Positions 21,142 to 31,261 of a stretch of 64,000 bases of DNA are shown here, in pieces. The stretch is taken from positions 1 to 64,000 of the forward strand of contig JAYGDX010000259.1 of NCBI GenBank assembly GCA_046582655.1. The letters run 5' to 3'. Every line of letters begins with the position of its first letter. The first letter of the stretch is position 1. The DNA is from Candidatus Poribacteria bacterium. GTDB taxonomy: Bacteria > Poribacteria > WGA-4E > UBA9662. The position numbers and the translations under genes were made by a program. Under the pieces are notes generated by a model. The model did not search any database. It was given only the letters and a program-made list of their open reading frames with translations, and had not been told where the DNA came from.

Positions 21142-23124
21142 TTACCATGGAAAGTTGTAGGACGGTTTGTGGACGAAACGCTTTGTGGTGATGTCAAGCT
21201 TTATCTGCGACTGTGGTGGCAGGTGAACCGTCAAGCGTGTACCGTTTACAGGCAGTGACGCCTCCTCCTCCAACTGAGGTTGGTACGCTGCGTCGGCAAA
21301 CTCGTGCTCAGCGTAGGTACCGGCCTGAACAATTACGTCTTGTGAATGTGTGAGACTGAGGTTGAGCAGATGTAGGACAGTGCGATCCGACGCCAGCTCA
21401 GAAACCAGAGCTGCAACATCCGGTGGCAACCCCGGCCGCTTGTTCATCGGGTCGAAGTGACGTACGCGCGCCATCAGCAATCCACCGTTGTAGAATGGCA
21501 GTGGCGCACCCATGGTCAGGTTAACTAGCCCCTCGACGCTGACCGGATTGCGGTAGATAAGGCTGAACCCATCGTTTTCTTTCGGCTGATGCTGGCGAAT
21601 CTCATCCAAGCGGCCGTTCACCTGCGCAATATTGTATTTCAGGATCTCTTCTGGATATGTCGGATATGTGCCGTCTAGATAAGCCTGCCAGGCGGCTTCG
21701 TGCCCACCGTGGTCCTTGGACATAAAACGGCTGATCGATTCGATCCTCTCCCAATCGCGGGACCAGCGTGCCTCAGGATCATGATTGCGGATTTTCTTAG
21801 AGCGCTCAAGGTCGGCCAGATCCATTGACATATTCCAGAGATGTGCCGGACCAACCGGGTCCATGGGCATAAACTTAAACCAGCCGTTGACTTCTTGGCA
21901 CGTCCCATCAGGATTTCGCAGAACCGGGAGGAACGACAGCGGTGCATTGACCACCTTTTCTGGGTCGCCGTGCTTGTGAGGGACATAGACTGTATTATTC
22001 TTGGCGATACCTAACCCAATGAGCAAATCAATCTGGCTACGCAGCAGGTCGAGGTAGACGGAATCACCAGTCACCAGCAACGCATTTTCGGCGGCCATCC
22101 CCGTGGATTGAGCGTATCCGCCCCATCCATGGTAGACAGTCCAGCCGTAGTAGCCACCATGCCACTTGCCGTTGATGTATTCACCAATCTTGCCTGATAA
22201 GCCGACATTGTCGGGCAAGATCCCCCCGTTCTCCTGCACTCTCTTGATCCAAGCGTTGGTATATTCCGTGATCCACGTGCGATACTTATCCTCACCCGTG
22301 GCCAGGAAAGCGTTGAGCATAAGGCTAGTAACAGCCAGGTTGATAGGACCATCGCCACGTCCCCACCGGGCATGCGCTACTGCTGCCATCTTCTTCATGT
22401 TATCATCTGCGTTCAAATCGGCGTAGCTAGCAATACCTGGCACATCGTAGAACGGAAGTCCATAGTGCTCCATAGTCCAGACGTACTCCCAAGGCTTGTC
22501 GGGCGTCCACGGTAGCGGCCCGTTGCTGCCAGTTTGGGTGTTGAGGATCAGTTTGTGGTCAGGATCGTAGTTTTTCACGTCGGGATTTTCGTTCAGGTAG
22601 AGACCAGCGAAACGCTGAGCACGATCAATAAATTTTGGGTCGGATGGATCGGCTAAGCATAGCATATAGAACAGGTGACAACCTTCACCGAGATGAAACC
22701 AGTCGCCGCAGCGGTGGAACTCATTGTCCAGAGTGCCGTTGTCGGCAAAGTGACGAGTGATGGCCTCCCACTGTCGCTTGGCAAGTGGGAGGAAACGGGC
22801 ATCGCCACCGAGCGCGTAGAACGTTGGCCAATTGTGGAACGTCTCGTAAGAATCGTCCAGTTTGCCCCAACAATTGTACCGGAAAGAACCATCGTCCTTC
22901 AGGTACTTCTCAATGAATACGTCGACGGATGTGTTCATCTGGTCGATAAGCTGTCGCTGTAGCACAGCCCATTCCGGAGGTTGGTCGAATGTCATGGTTG
23001 CATCAATGTGCGGGATGACACGGTCATTAGCTGCCCAACACCAGCTTGAGCAACTGAACACGAGGATTACTGCCAGAATACACCCAATTGTTTTGCCAAG
23101 TCGTGATCTGCCATATCTGGTCAT
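21142..23124 (-). CDS. Secreted uncharacterised protein (possible alpha/alpha-barrel glycosidase-like)
   Basis: Signal peptide after MTRYGR (ORF extends to 23364); motifs DDSYETFHNWP, DWFHLGEG, LPDNVGL..GKWHGGYYGW; GC-richer codon usage. Confidence 0.65.
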   Translation of the reverse strand: MTRYGRSRLGKTIGCILAVILVFSCSSWCWAANDRVIPHIDATMTFDQPPEWAVLQRQLIDQMNTSVDVFIEKYLKDDGSFRYNCWGKLDDSYETFHNWPTFYALGGDARFLPLAKRQWEAITRHFADNGTLDNEFHRCGDWFHLGEGCHLFYMLCLADPSDPKFIDRAQRFAGLYLNENPDVKNYDPDHKLILNTQTGSNGPLPWTPDKPWEYVWTMEHYGLPFYDVPGIASYADLNADDNMKKMAAVAHARWGRGDGPINLAVTSLMLNAFLATGEDKYRTWITEYTNAWIKRVQENGGILPDNVGLSGKIGEYINGKWHGGYYGWTVYHGWGGYAQSTGMAAENALLVTGDSVYLDLLRSQIDLLIGLGIAKNNTVYVPHKHGDPEKVVNAPLSFLPVLRNPDGTCQEVNGWFKFMPMDPVGPAHLWNMSMDLADLERSKKIRNHDPEARWSRDWERIESISRFMSKDHGGHEAAWQAYLDGTYPTYPEEILKYNIAQVNGRLDEIRQHQPKENDGFSLIYRNPVSVEGLVNLTMGAPLPFYNGGLLMARVRHFDPMNKRPGLPPDVAALVSELASDRTVLHLLNLSLTHSQDVIVQAGTYAEHEFADAAYQPQLEEEASLPVNGTRLTVHLPPQSQIKLDITTKRFVHKPSYNFPW

Positions 23125-23682
23125 ATATTCCTCGTTATGTTTCAATTTAGCACAGTTAGGTATTAATTGATTCGCTCGAACTGGAAGCCGCGCGAGGCAT
23201 CTTGAGCGTCCATGCGTAAAAGTCGAACTGCCCGGCCATATCCTTACCCATTCTTGTTGTGTTAGTCGCGCGATAGCGAAAGCAGGTAGGAGAAAAAGTA
23301 TAGCTGTGGTCAGCACCGACAGTCGCTTGAGTATGTGTGTCATAGTTAGTCTCCGTTTTGGCATCTAAATCGTGGTGTTTCAGAAACAGCATCTGCACCA
23401 CCTATCTTTCGGGGTCAACGTTGATCTTCGGCACAAAATATGATTCCCGTGGAATCAACCATACAATTAAGTTGCAGTAAATGCCAAATGCACCCAATTC
23501 ACTTTTAAGTTAAATTACATTAATTCGTTCAGATTGTCTAAATTGGCATGCTGAAGCAGGATAGCCCCTTGACCTGGAACAAGGTAACCAGATTGATCGA
23601 TGCTTTAAACATCATATGGTTGGTTCGAACGTGGACCATGAATTAGCTACTGTTCCCTTCTGGATCAAAGAAAAAAGATGGG

Positions 23683-24648
23683 TTACCTAATCTTGATCTT
23701 CACCAAATAGATGCTTGTCTTTCCTTCATGTGATGAGTAGTAGCTCATCCACAACAGGTCATCGTGCCATACCAACCCTGGATAGCTGCAATCACCACCG
23801 CTAGGCACCGTGAGAACAGGTTCGTAACTGTCTCGCCTCATGCGGGCAAGAACAGTGGTTGGCTTTTCGCCAGAGCGTCGTCCAGCTGCCCATAGCCCAC
23901 CATCTGGCAGGCGGATAAAGTTGGGGCCACCAATGTTCTCTTCCATTTTAGTCCACGACCATTTTGTGTAGGGCTGACGGCTTGTACCGATCCAGTGGGG
24001 TCGTGTAAGAGCAATCATCTCACCACCGGGCAAGAACCGGAGCGTCGTTTCGCTGGCGTTCCAAGTATTGTTAGGTAGGCGGAACTCGGTGATCCACTCC
24101 CAATCAAGAGCATCACGGCTACGATACAACATACACCTCCGTGGGTCGCGACCTTCACCCAGTTTGCTGACACCCCATGCCCAACCGTCCTGCCAGGTTA
24201 CACGCCAAAGCCAGTGATCTTCGGCCAAGAGTTTTCTTGGTTCGGTCCAATCGTAGCCATCCTTGGAGAACGCCACTCGCGGCGACCGAGTCTGGCAGGT
24301 ACCTCGGGCATCATAGACGCTACCTCCCATGATCAACATCAAACGATCGCTAGGCATGATAGAGAGTTTGGGATCCCGTAAGTCAGTCCCTTTCTGTTCA
24401 AGCGATGCTGCCGACTTCCAGCAGTCCCCATTCTCCGACATGATTATCCTTATTGTACCGTTGCTACCTCCATGGTCTTGAGCCTCACGGAATGTACACC
24501 ACCAGCGATTGCGAAAGTAAATCAAATCGGTGAAAGCGCTGTGTGGGGCGCGATCCCAAATTTTTCTGGCCGAAACGATATTCGGTTCCTCTGCCTCGAG
24601 CAATTGTGAGATCGTAGTAAACAAACAGGTTAGGAAATTGGTTATCAT
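23683..24648 (-). CDS. Exo-alpha-sialidase / BNR-repeat beta-propeller protein
   Basis: HSAFTDL, Asp-boxes SENGDCW, SKDGYDW, SRDALDW; DLRDPKL; GGDCSYPG; YYSSHEG. Confidence 0.85.
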   Translation of the reverse strand: MITNFLTCLFTTISQLLEAEEPNIVSARKIWDRAPHSAFTDLIYFRNRWWCTFREAQDHGGSNGTIRIIMSENGDCWKSAASLEQKGTDLRDPKLSIMPSDRLMLIMGGSVYDARGTCQTRSPRVAFSKDGYDWTEPRKLLAEDHWLWRVTWQDGWAWGVSKLGEGRDPRRCMLYRSRDALDWEWITEFRLPNNTWNASETTLRFLPGGEMIALTRPHWIGTSRQPYTKWSWTKMEENIGGPNFIRLPDGGLWAAGRRSGEKPTTVLARMRRDSYEPVLTVPSGGDCSYPGLVWHDDLLWMSYYSSHEGKTSIYLVKIKIR

Positions 24649-25408
24649 TGTTTTTTTCCCTACTCGAAATATTGAGAGTGTAGCACAACTCTCAGTTCAA
24701 TGTCATCCATTCCCAAACACATATTGGTATAAAGAGCTCTGATGGTCTCGAATCGGCAAGTCATAATCCACCGTCACAAATTCGGCTTTACACATGATGA
24801 TGCATATGGAATAACAGTGCATTTCTCTGATCGTCTGGTCCTAGGCTTTGTGCCGATGTGCACACCAATGTGCCCAGAGGGAAGTGCATCATTGTGGTTG
24901 GCCACTTGAGTTCGGCATGAATCGTATCTGGACTTTCCGTCTACGTTTACTGGGTTTGTCAATTCTACAACCAATACCAAGGCCATCGTAGTGAAAAGGA
25001 TCTGAGGACGCGCTGATAACCAAGCCTGTTTCTAGGAGATGGCATATTTGACGACTAGCAAGTGACAGCAGCCCAGTATGCCATTGAAGTCTAGTTCAAA
25101 CCATTGTGGGCGATATGTATAGCTTTGGGTTACTAGCTTCTAGCTGGAAAGAAGTGATATGTTTCGCTGTTTTGGAACCTGGTCTTTTTTGCTTGAAAAT
25201 TATCCGACTCTTTGTATGTACCGCTGTTGGGATCTTATTGTGTGTAAATAAGATTGGGCGAAAAAAACAGTCTGATAGGATCTTCACCAAGGCGGCAATA
25301 ATTAACGATGACTATATATATCAAGAAAACCTGCTCGCCTAGTTTAGTTAACTCGACTATAATGAACGTAGTTTGTGGCTAAATTTAGGTTCATATTACA
25401 TATGGGGT

Positions 25409-25451
25409 TTGACACAGATCGAGTGCGAGTTAGAGACGCACTCGATCCTGT
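25409..25451 (+). promoter_or_regulatory. -35 hexamer followed by an 11-bp inverted repeat (putative operator)
   Basis: TTGACA at 25409; GATCGAGTGCG-N9-CGCACTCGATC at 25417-25447, upstream of the amidohydrolase gene. Confidence 0.55.
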
Positions 25452-25511
25452 AAGCAAGACCAACGGAGAAATGAGCTGGGAGTTACTCAACCGGATACCT
25501 CTCGGAGTGGT

Positions 25512-26576
25512 ATGACAGCGGGATCTCTATCGCTGATCGATGCCGACGTGCATAATTACACTCGCTCGGTTGACGATTTGATGCCGCATTTGTCAGAGCG
25601 ATGGAAGGCCTACATCGTCCAAGGCGGGTTCAAAATGCCGGGGGTGAGCTTGTATCCGAAAGTGTACGCACAGGCTGCACGACGTGACGCGATTCCCTAT
25701 GAGGGTGGGGTTGCTGGCTCTGAGCCAGAATTTGCAAAAGAACAGCTGCTCGATATGTGGGGAATTGACTACGGAATCCTGAATCCGCTGATCGGTGTGC
25801 CGCAGATCAAGAACCCCGACCTCGGACGAGCTTTGATGCGAGCTGTCAACGACTGGACAAAGACTGACTGGCTCGATTCTGATCCGAGGTGGCTTGGCTC
25901 AATCTTGGTCCACCCTGGTGATCCGGAAGGGTCAGCGAAAGAAATACATCGTCTCGCAGATGACAGGCGTTTCGTCCAAGTACTGCTGATGGCTCGCTCT
26001 AGCATGCCCTATGGAAAGTGGCAGATGGATCCTATCTATGAAGCTGCGTGCGGAGCCGAATTGCCAATTGGGATTCACTTTGGTGGAGGGGGCGATGTTC
26101 CGATCACAGCTGTGGGATGGCCATCATATTATATCGAGGACCACACGGGAATGGTACAGGCTTTTGAGAGCCAGGTGATCAGCTTAGTCTGTGAAGGCAC
26201 CTTCGTCAGGTTTCCTAAATTGCGGGTCGTCCTGATCGAAAGTGGTTTCGCCTGGCTGCCAGCACTGATGTGGCGTCTCGACCAGAACTATCGTGGGCTG
26301 CGTGATGAGGTGCCATGGCTTAAGAAACTACCGAGTGAGTACATTCTGGAACACTTCCGAGCGACAACGCAGCCGATGGAAGAACCTCCAAATCTACAGC
26401 ATCTCGTGCAGATTCTAGATATGATCGGTTCGGACGATTTCCTAATGTTTGCGACGGATTATCCTCACTGGGACTTTGATGCACCGAATCAGGCAATTCC
26501 GAACGTGATCACGGGTGAATTACGAGAAAGAATTATGTGGAAAAACGCTGCCGTGTTCTACGGGCTGGGGTCGTAA
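25512..26576 (+). CDS. Amidohydrolase_2 family TIM-barrel metalloprotein (possible dinuclear oxygenase subunit)
   Basis: IDADVH, PIGIH, LIESGFAWLP, FATDYPHWD; abuts a Rieske ferredoxin gene. Confidence 0.88.
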   Translation: MTAGSLSLIDADVHNYTRSVDDLMPHLSERWKAYIVQGGFKMPGVSLYPKVYAQAARRDAIPYEGGVAGSEPEFAKEQLLDMWGIDYGILNPLIGVPQIKNPDLGRALMRAVNDWTKTDWLDSDPRWLGSILVHPGDPEGSAKEIHRLADDRRFVQVLLMARSSMPYGKWQMDPIYEAACGAELPIGIHFGGGGDVPITAVGWPSYYIEDHTGMVQAFESQVISLVCEGTFVRFPKLRVVLIESGFAWLPALMWRLDQNYRGLRDEVPWLKKLPSEYILEHFRATTQPMEEPPNLQHLVQILDMIGSDDFLMFATDYPHWDFDAPNQAIPNVITGELRERIMWKNAAVFYGLGS

Positions 26577-26948
26577 ATGCCTGTATCTAGCCAGAATCAC
26601 GATGTTGGGCAAGTCGACGCGTTCGAATCAGGAAGACCCTACGTCGTTTGTGTGGCAGGCAGGGATGTGGTTCTCGTCCGGCGGGGAAATGAGTTCTTTG
26701 CGATTCGGGACGTGTGTCCCCACCACGGAGCGAAACTATCCGATGGCCTGTTGACAGGAGAAGTATCAGCTAGCCGGCCTGGCGAGCAACCCGAACTGCT
26801 GCGTAAGGATGAGTTCCTAGTGTGTCCCTGACATGGTTGGAAGATTGATGTTCGTACGGGGTGTTCATCGCTAGAGCCGGATTGCATCAGGGTAAGACGG
26901 TATGGCGTTCACATCGAGGGGGGACGTGTTCTTGTGGCTCTCTCGTGA
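26577..26948 (+). pseudogene. Rieske [2Fe-2S] ferredoxin interrupted by an in-frame TGA
   Basis: CPHHGAKL...VCP*HGWKIDVRTG...VHIEGGRVLVALS; TGA at 26829-26831 sits at the Trp of CPWHGW. Confidence 0.88.
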
Positions 26949-27309
26949 AAACAAGATAATTTGAATCGACTGACGAAACTCGAATTCCCATGGCTTCAAT
27001 TCCAACTGGTGATGAAATCGTCCACTTGGAAATTCTCCAGCATATGGTTCATTTCATATCGGCTCTTGACCCCCTGAAAAATGGTTAGTCGCTACTTTGC
27101 TCGATACCTGAAAATTTAGAGGTTAAGCAGAAAGGCAAGAACTTTCATGTTGTTAGACATGCAGTGGTGAATAAAATTGGGTTAGTGCTGTCCAACCATC
27201 GCAGAAATTCGTTAAAACCGGCATGAGGATGAAAACAAATATTGGGTATCTGTTGAGCGTAAAGTATTCGGGCAGTCGAGTTCTATGAAGTAGCTCCAGT
27301 TTGAAATCG

Positions 27310-27481
27310 AGTATCCGCTGATTGAATACCGGCATGGCACCTCATCCAACTACTCAGAGGTCGGAGGGATGTCCTGCCAGTCTACCCAAGGGGCATGGTC
27401 TCTAGCTTCCAACTCATGGTGCAGGCGTTGAGCGAACTCTATATCTTTACGCAAATAAGAGATGAATACGTCGGACATCAT
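27310..27481 (-). pseudogene. TIR-domain N-terminal remnant
   Basis: MSDVFISYLRKDIEFAQRLHHELEARDHAPWVDWQDIPPTSE*LDEV, frameshift, then HAGIQSADT; not in the ORF track. Confidence 0.8.
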
Positions 27482-27516
27482 TTAGTTGACCTCAAGCATA
27501 CAGCATATCGGCATTA

Positions 27517-27660
27517 TCAGTTCAAAACCAAGATTTCATACTTTGCTTTTTCCTTGGCAGTCAACTGAGGGGTGGCTCGACTTTCAGTGATTTGCAATAA
27601 CTCTTCAATGTCTGTAATGTAGATTTGGACAATGCCATTTGCTCTCTTTGATATTCGATT
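27517..27660 (-). pseudogene. C-terminal tail remnant of a WD40-repeat (STAND-type) protein
   Basis: NGIVQIYITDIEELLQITESRATPQLTAKEKAKY*-type tail, as seen at the end of TIR/STAND-WD40 proteins; not in the ORF track. Confidence 0.6.
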
Positions 27661-27750
27661 AGAAAAGAAGCCCATGGGAGCTAAGCAAGGATATACAAAG
27701 TTAGATTGGAAATCCCAGTTTAACTGGAAGTACTTGAGAAGGGGAATACC

Positions 27751-28330
27751 ATGCCGGGAAATCCTATTTTTGTGTTTGCAGTCTTAATTTGCTTGATGGC
27801 AAGTGTGTCGTGTGCTTACGAACATGCGGGAAATATAACTGGCTGGAACCTCTATGGGACATGCCAGAATGAAATAACTTTTAACTGTACAAACCAACAA
27901 ATAATAAAAATAAATATTTTAACCGACAATATATTTCGGGTGAGATTCTCCGCCGATGGGTCACTACCAGCTTCAAGGATGATTGGACAATGGAATCTTG
28001 TACGTTCGAACAACGGTTTTCCCACCCCGACTTTACTGCTGTGGATGAGGAAAAGGCTGTTTTGATAAACACAGCAGAACTCGAGATAAAAATAGATAAA
28101 AGTCCTTTCCTCATTAGCATTTTCGACAGAGAAAACCGCTTAATAGCTAAAAAAGCGCTTCCCTGGGAATGGGCAGCGATGGTGATGCCTATTTACAAAT
28201 GGATTAGCTTGCTGATGAGCACCTTTTTGGTGTGGTTGAGGGACTCGGTGCGATAAAACGAGATGTTCCTTTTGAAGCAGCGAAAATTTCAAGCATAGAA
28301 CTGCATGGGATAGAACCCAAAGAAGGGTGA
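27751..28330 (+). pseudogene. GH31 alpha-glycosidase N-terminal domain remnant
   Basis: Signal peptide, ILTDNIFRVRF, INTAELEIKIDKSPFLISIFD, ADEHLFG spread over three frames; catalytic barrel absent. Confidence 0.75.
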
Positions 28331-28346
28331 TAACTCTGGGCCAAAC

Positions 28347-29555
28347 TTATATTGTGTTTTCTAAAGGACTTTGCGGTTCCTTACCGAATATATGGGTGAT
28401 TAAAGCAGCCAAAAGGGCGATAATGGATGAAATCCTAAACATCACAAATCTACCGTGTGTTTTTTCAATCCCACCACATATTTTCCCCCCGATCATCCCA
28501 CCCAATCCCCAAACAATACCACTGTATAAAGTTTGTCCACTGGCACGAACCTGATCCGGCAACATGGTACTGATGAAGTTAACGATTCCAATATGAAAGG
28601 CAGTATAAGTTAGCGCATGAAAAAGTTGCAGAAACAAGATCGCGATTATTGATGGTTTCAGCGAATAGAAAAATAATCTCATGGCCATACCTAGCATACC
28701 GATAATCACTATCCATTTTATTCCGGTCCATTTTATTAGATTACCGATAACAAACATCATCCCAATCTCTGATGCAACGCCTAATGCCCAGAAGAATCCC
28801 TGTGAACTGTCAGGGACTCCAAGATCTTCAAGATAAATTGAAAAGAAAATATAATAAGCCTGCATAGCTGCCCTGGCCATTAACCCTGTAATCAAAGTTA
28901 ATACAAAGTTGACGGTGATAAAGCGGTTGAGCTGGTTCCATTTGAAAGGTTCTCTAACCTCCACTTCAGCAGGATTTGGAATCATCAGTACCCACACGAC
29001 ACCTAATAACCTAAAAGTACTGAAAAATATAAATACCGATAATAGTCCATAGCCAAACTCTGAGGTGATGTTTCCCTCGAACTCGTCCTTAATCATCAAC
29101 TTAAATAGGAGCATTGAAATTCCAATTCCAATCGATCCCCAAAGTCGTATTCGGCCGTAGTCGCCCCCATGTTGCTTAATGAAACCCAACGTCAGTGCAT
29201 CATTGATCGGGGCAACAGGCGTTTCCAAAAAGGAAAAAAGCATAATAATACCCAATATAGCATAATAGTTTTTTGTAAAAAGCAACAATGGGTATACCAA
29301 ACTGGCAGACAAGAAAAGCAGAGCTATGATTCGTCTCATGTCCTTGACTGAATCAGCAACAATCCCCCAAATTGGCGAGGAGAATATGCTCATGAATGAA
29401 AAGATGGCAGCAACGGTTCCAAGCTGCGAACTATTTAACCCCGCACGCTTTAGGTAGAGATTCATGTAGATGAGTATTCCACTTTTTGGACTAAGCGAAA
29501 TAAAGTGGAGCAAGCTATAATGGCGGCGGGAACTTTTATTAGTAATTTCTGTCAT
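28347..29555 (-). CDS. MFS transporter (LacY / nucleoside symporter-like)
   Basis: About 12 TM helices; PIWGIVAD, DYGRIRLWGSIG, GVASEI, QLFHALTY. Confidence 0.9.
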   Translation of the reverse strand: MTEITNKSSRRHYSLLHFISLSPKSGILIYMNLYLKRAGLNSSQLGTVAAIFSFMSIFSSPIWGIVADSVKDMRRIIALLFLSASLVYPLLLFTKNYYAILGIIMLFSFLETPVAPINDALTLGFIKQHGGDYGRIRLWGSIGIGISMLLFKLMIKDEFEGNITSEFGYGLLSVFIFFSTFRLLGVVWVLMIPNPAEVEVREPFKWNQLNRFITVNFVLTLITGLMARAAMQAYYIFFSIYLEDLGVPDSSQGFFWALGVASEIGMMFVIGNLIKWTGIKWIVIIGMLGMAMRLFFYSLKPSIIAILFLQLFHALTYTAFHIGIVNFISTMLPDQVRASGQTLYSGIVWGLGGMIGGKICGGIEKTHGRFVMFRISSIIALLAALITHIFGKEPQSPLENTI

Positions 29556-29649
29556 TGGAAGAATATATTTCAGCCAGAAGCTTGAAACTTCAAAGAAATT
29601 AGATTTGATGTAATGCCTATAGCATACAGGAAGTAACGAATGGACTAAC

Positions 29650-31041
29650 TCAAGACCGGTAAGCTTCCCAAAAGGCTTGTCCTTGTTCCTGTATGTCTCC
29701 GTATTCAGTTTGCCACTGCTTAAGTTCGTTTCTTAACCGCTTTAGTGTTTCTATATATTGACCATTATTGCTCAAGTTAACAGTTTCTCGCGGATCGTTT
29801 AACAAGTCAAAGAGCTGTGTTTGAGCATGTCTGTCACCGACAACATATTCAATCAATTTATATTGTTGATCACGGATACCCCTCTGCAGTCCTTCGTAGG
29901 CAAAGTGCAGGTATTCTCGAATTTGTTCCGCTGGTCGTTCAAGATGAGGAATCAAGCTTTTGCCCTCTACTGTTTTTGGATATTGAATCCCGATTAAATC
30001 ACAGAGTGTCGGAAAAATATCGATCAGGTAAGTTAATGCTTTTCGCCTTTCGCCTGATGGGATGTTAGGGCCAGCTAGAATGAGGGGAACATGTACACTG
30101 TGATCATAAACATTTTGTTTGCCCATTAAACCATGTTGACCAATCGCCAGTCCATTATCACCAGCGAACAGTATAATTGTGTCATCTAGAATTCCTTTCT
30201 CTTTTAGTTTGTTCATTACTCGACCGACAGCTGCATCCAAATGGCTAATCATGGCATAATATTCGGCAATGTGTCGTTGTACCTCTGATTTGGTTCGGGG
30301 AAATTCTGCCAGCAGTTCATCGCGCCCTTTCATCCAACCGTTGTCGAATGGATGCTCCGGCACGAAATTCTCAGGTATCTCGATTTTTCGCGGATCATAC
30401 ATCTGTAAAAAATCTTCCGGCATACTCCGCGGATCGTGGGGTGCCATGAATGAAACATAGGCGAAGAAGGGGGTATCATCGGATTGGTTCTCAATAAAGT
30501 CGATAGTTGCCTCAGTGAACAGGTCGGTAGAGTGTTTACCTGCGGTGATACGGTCGCAACGTTGCCAACTGACGTGGTTGTTGCTATGCGGATTATCGAT
30601 TTTGGGATTGATGGGATAATTGCCGGTTGGATCATAATCGCAGGCAGGAACATTCCAGTGATCCGCCATTCCACCAAAGAAAATCTCGGCTCCGGCATTA
30701 AAACTTCGGGCATAAGAACGGATGCCGTTATGCCATTTCCCAGTACCGAACGAAGTATAACCTGCCTGTTGAAGCGTTTCACCTAACAGGGCATGTTCCT
30801 CTGGTATAGATTGCCCCTGCCGGTCAAGATGATAGAGTGTTCGTCCGGTATGAAGCATTCCGCGGCTGGGCATACATACCGCTCCACATGATCCGCCCAT
30901 GATGTAACTGTTAACAAATGTTGTTCCTTGAGATACAATTTGATCGAGATTCGGTGTGGAAATCTCAGGGTTATTGACACTTCCAATTGTGTCAAATCGT
31001 TGGTCATCTGTGAAGAAAAAAACGATATTCGGTTGATCCAT
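29650..31041 (-). CDS. Cys-type sulfatase (choline-sulfatase-like)
   Basis: PNIVFFFTDDQR, CMPSRGMLHTG, GKWH, APHDP, GDNG...HGLMGKQN. Confidence 0.93.
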   Translation of the reverse strand: MDQPNIVFFFTDDQRFDTIGSVNNPEISTPNLDQIVSQGTTFVNSYIMGGSCGAVCMPSRGMLHTGRTLYHLDRQGQSIPEEHALLGETLQQAGYTSFGTGKWHNGIRSYARSFNAGAEIFFGGMADHWNVPACDYDPTGNYPINPKIDNPHSNNHVSWQRCDRITAGKHSTDLFTEATIDFIENQSDDTPFFAYVSFMAPHDPRSMPEDFLQMYDPRKIEIPENFVPEHPFDNGWMKGRDELLAEFPRTKSEVQRHIAEYYAMISHLDAAVGRVMNKLKEKGILDDTIILFAGDNGLAIGQHGLMGKQNVYDHSVHVPLILAGPNIPSGERRKALTYLIDIFPTLCDLIGIQYPKTVEGKSLIPHLERPAEQIREYLHFAYEGLQRGIRDQQYKLIEYVVGDRHAQTQLFDLLNDPRETVNLSNNGQYIETLKRLRNELKQWQTEYGDIQEQGQAFWEAYRS

Positions 31042-31232
31042 GAATTTATTCCTTTCCTTTCAATCCACACTTCTGTTGAAGTAAGAACATGTCCTTCAGT
31101 GCCCTGTCTGAACGGGCATCAGTATCAAGGATCTGCTTTAGTATAATCGTATATTGACCAAATTAGTAGCAGATAAACCATGTAGACTTGAAGACCGAGC
31201 ATCAAGTTACCCGTTAGACTCCAATAATTTTA

Positions 31233-31261
31233 TTGACCTTAGATCTGAAAATAGTTAAGAT
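31233..31261 (+). promoter_or_regulatory. Putative sigma-70 promoter of the PhyH gene
   Basis: TTGACC-N17-TAAGAT. Confidence 0.4.

Noticed and set aside
25034..25085. Fluoride riboswitch-like GGAGATGGCAT...ATGCC
   Set aside because: No P1 partner strand or GCTRATGA motif; no relevant downstream gene
24700..25340. Short ORFs of 64-78 aa
   Set aside because: No recognisable motifs; probably decayed DNA, cannot be assigned
25417..25447. CIRCE (HrcA) element
   Set aside because: GAGTGC and GCACTC half-sites are in the opposite order to TTAGCACTC-N9-GAGTGCTAA, and no chaperone gene follows
26829..26831. Genome-wide TGA reassignment or selenocysteine
   Set aside because: Many intact genes here end in TGA (e.g. 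flgM, argS, ftsW). The site is a Trp position, and a TAG at a Trp position occurs in the TIR remnant.
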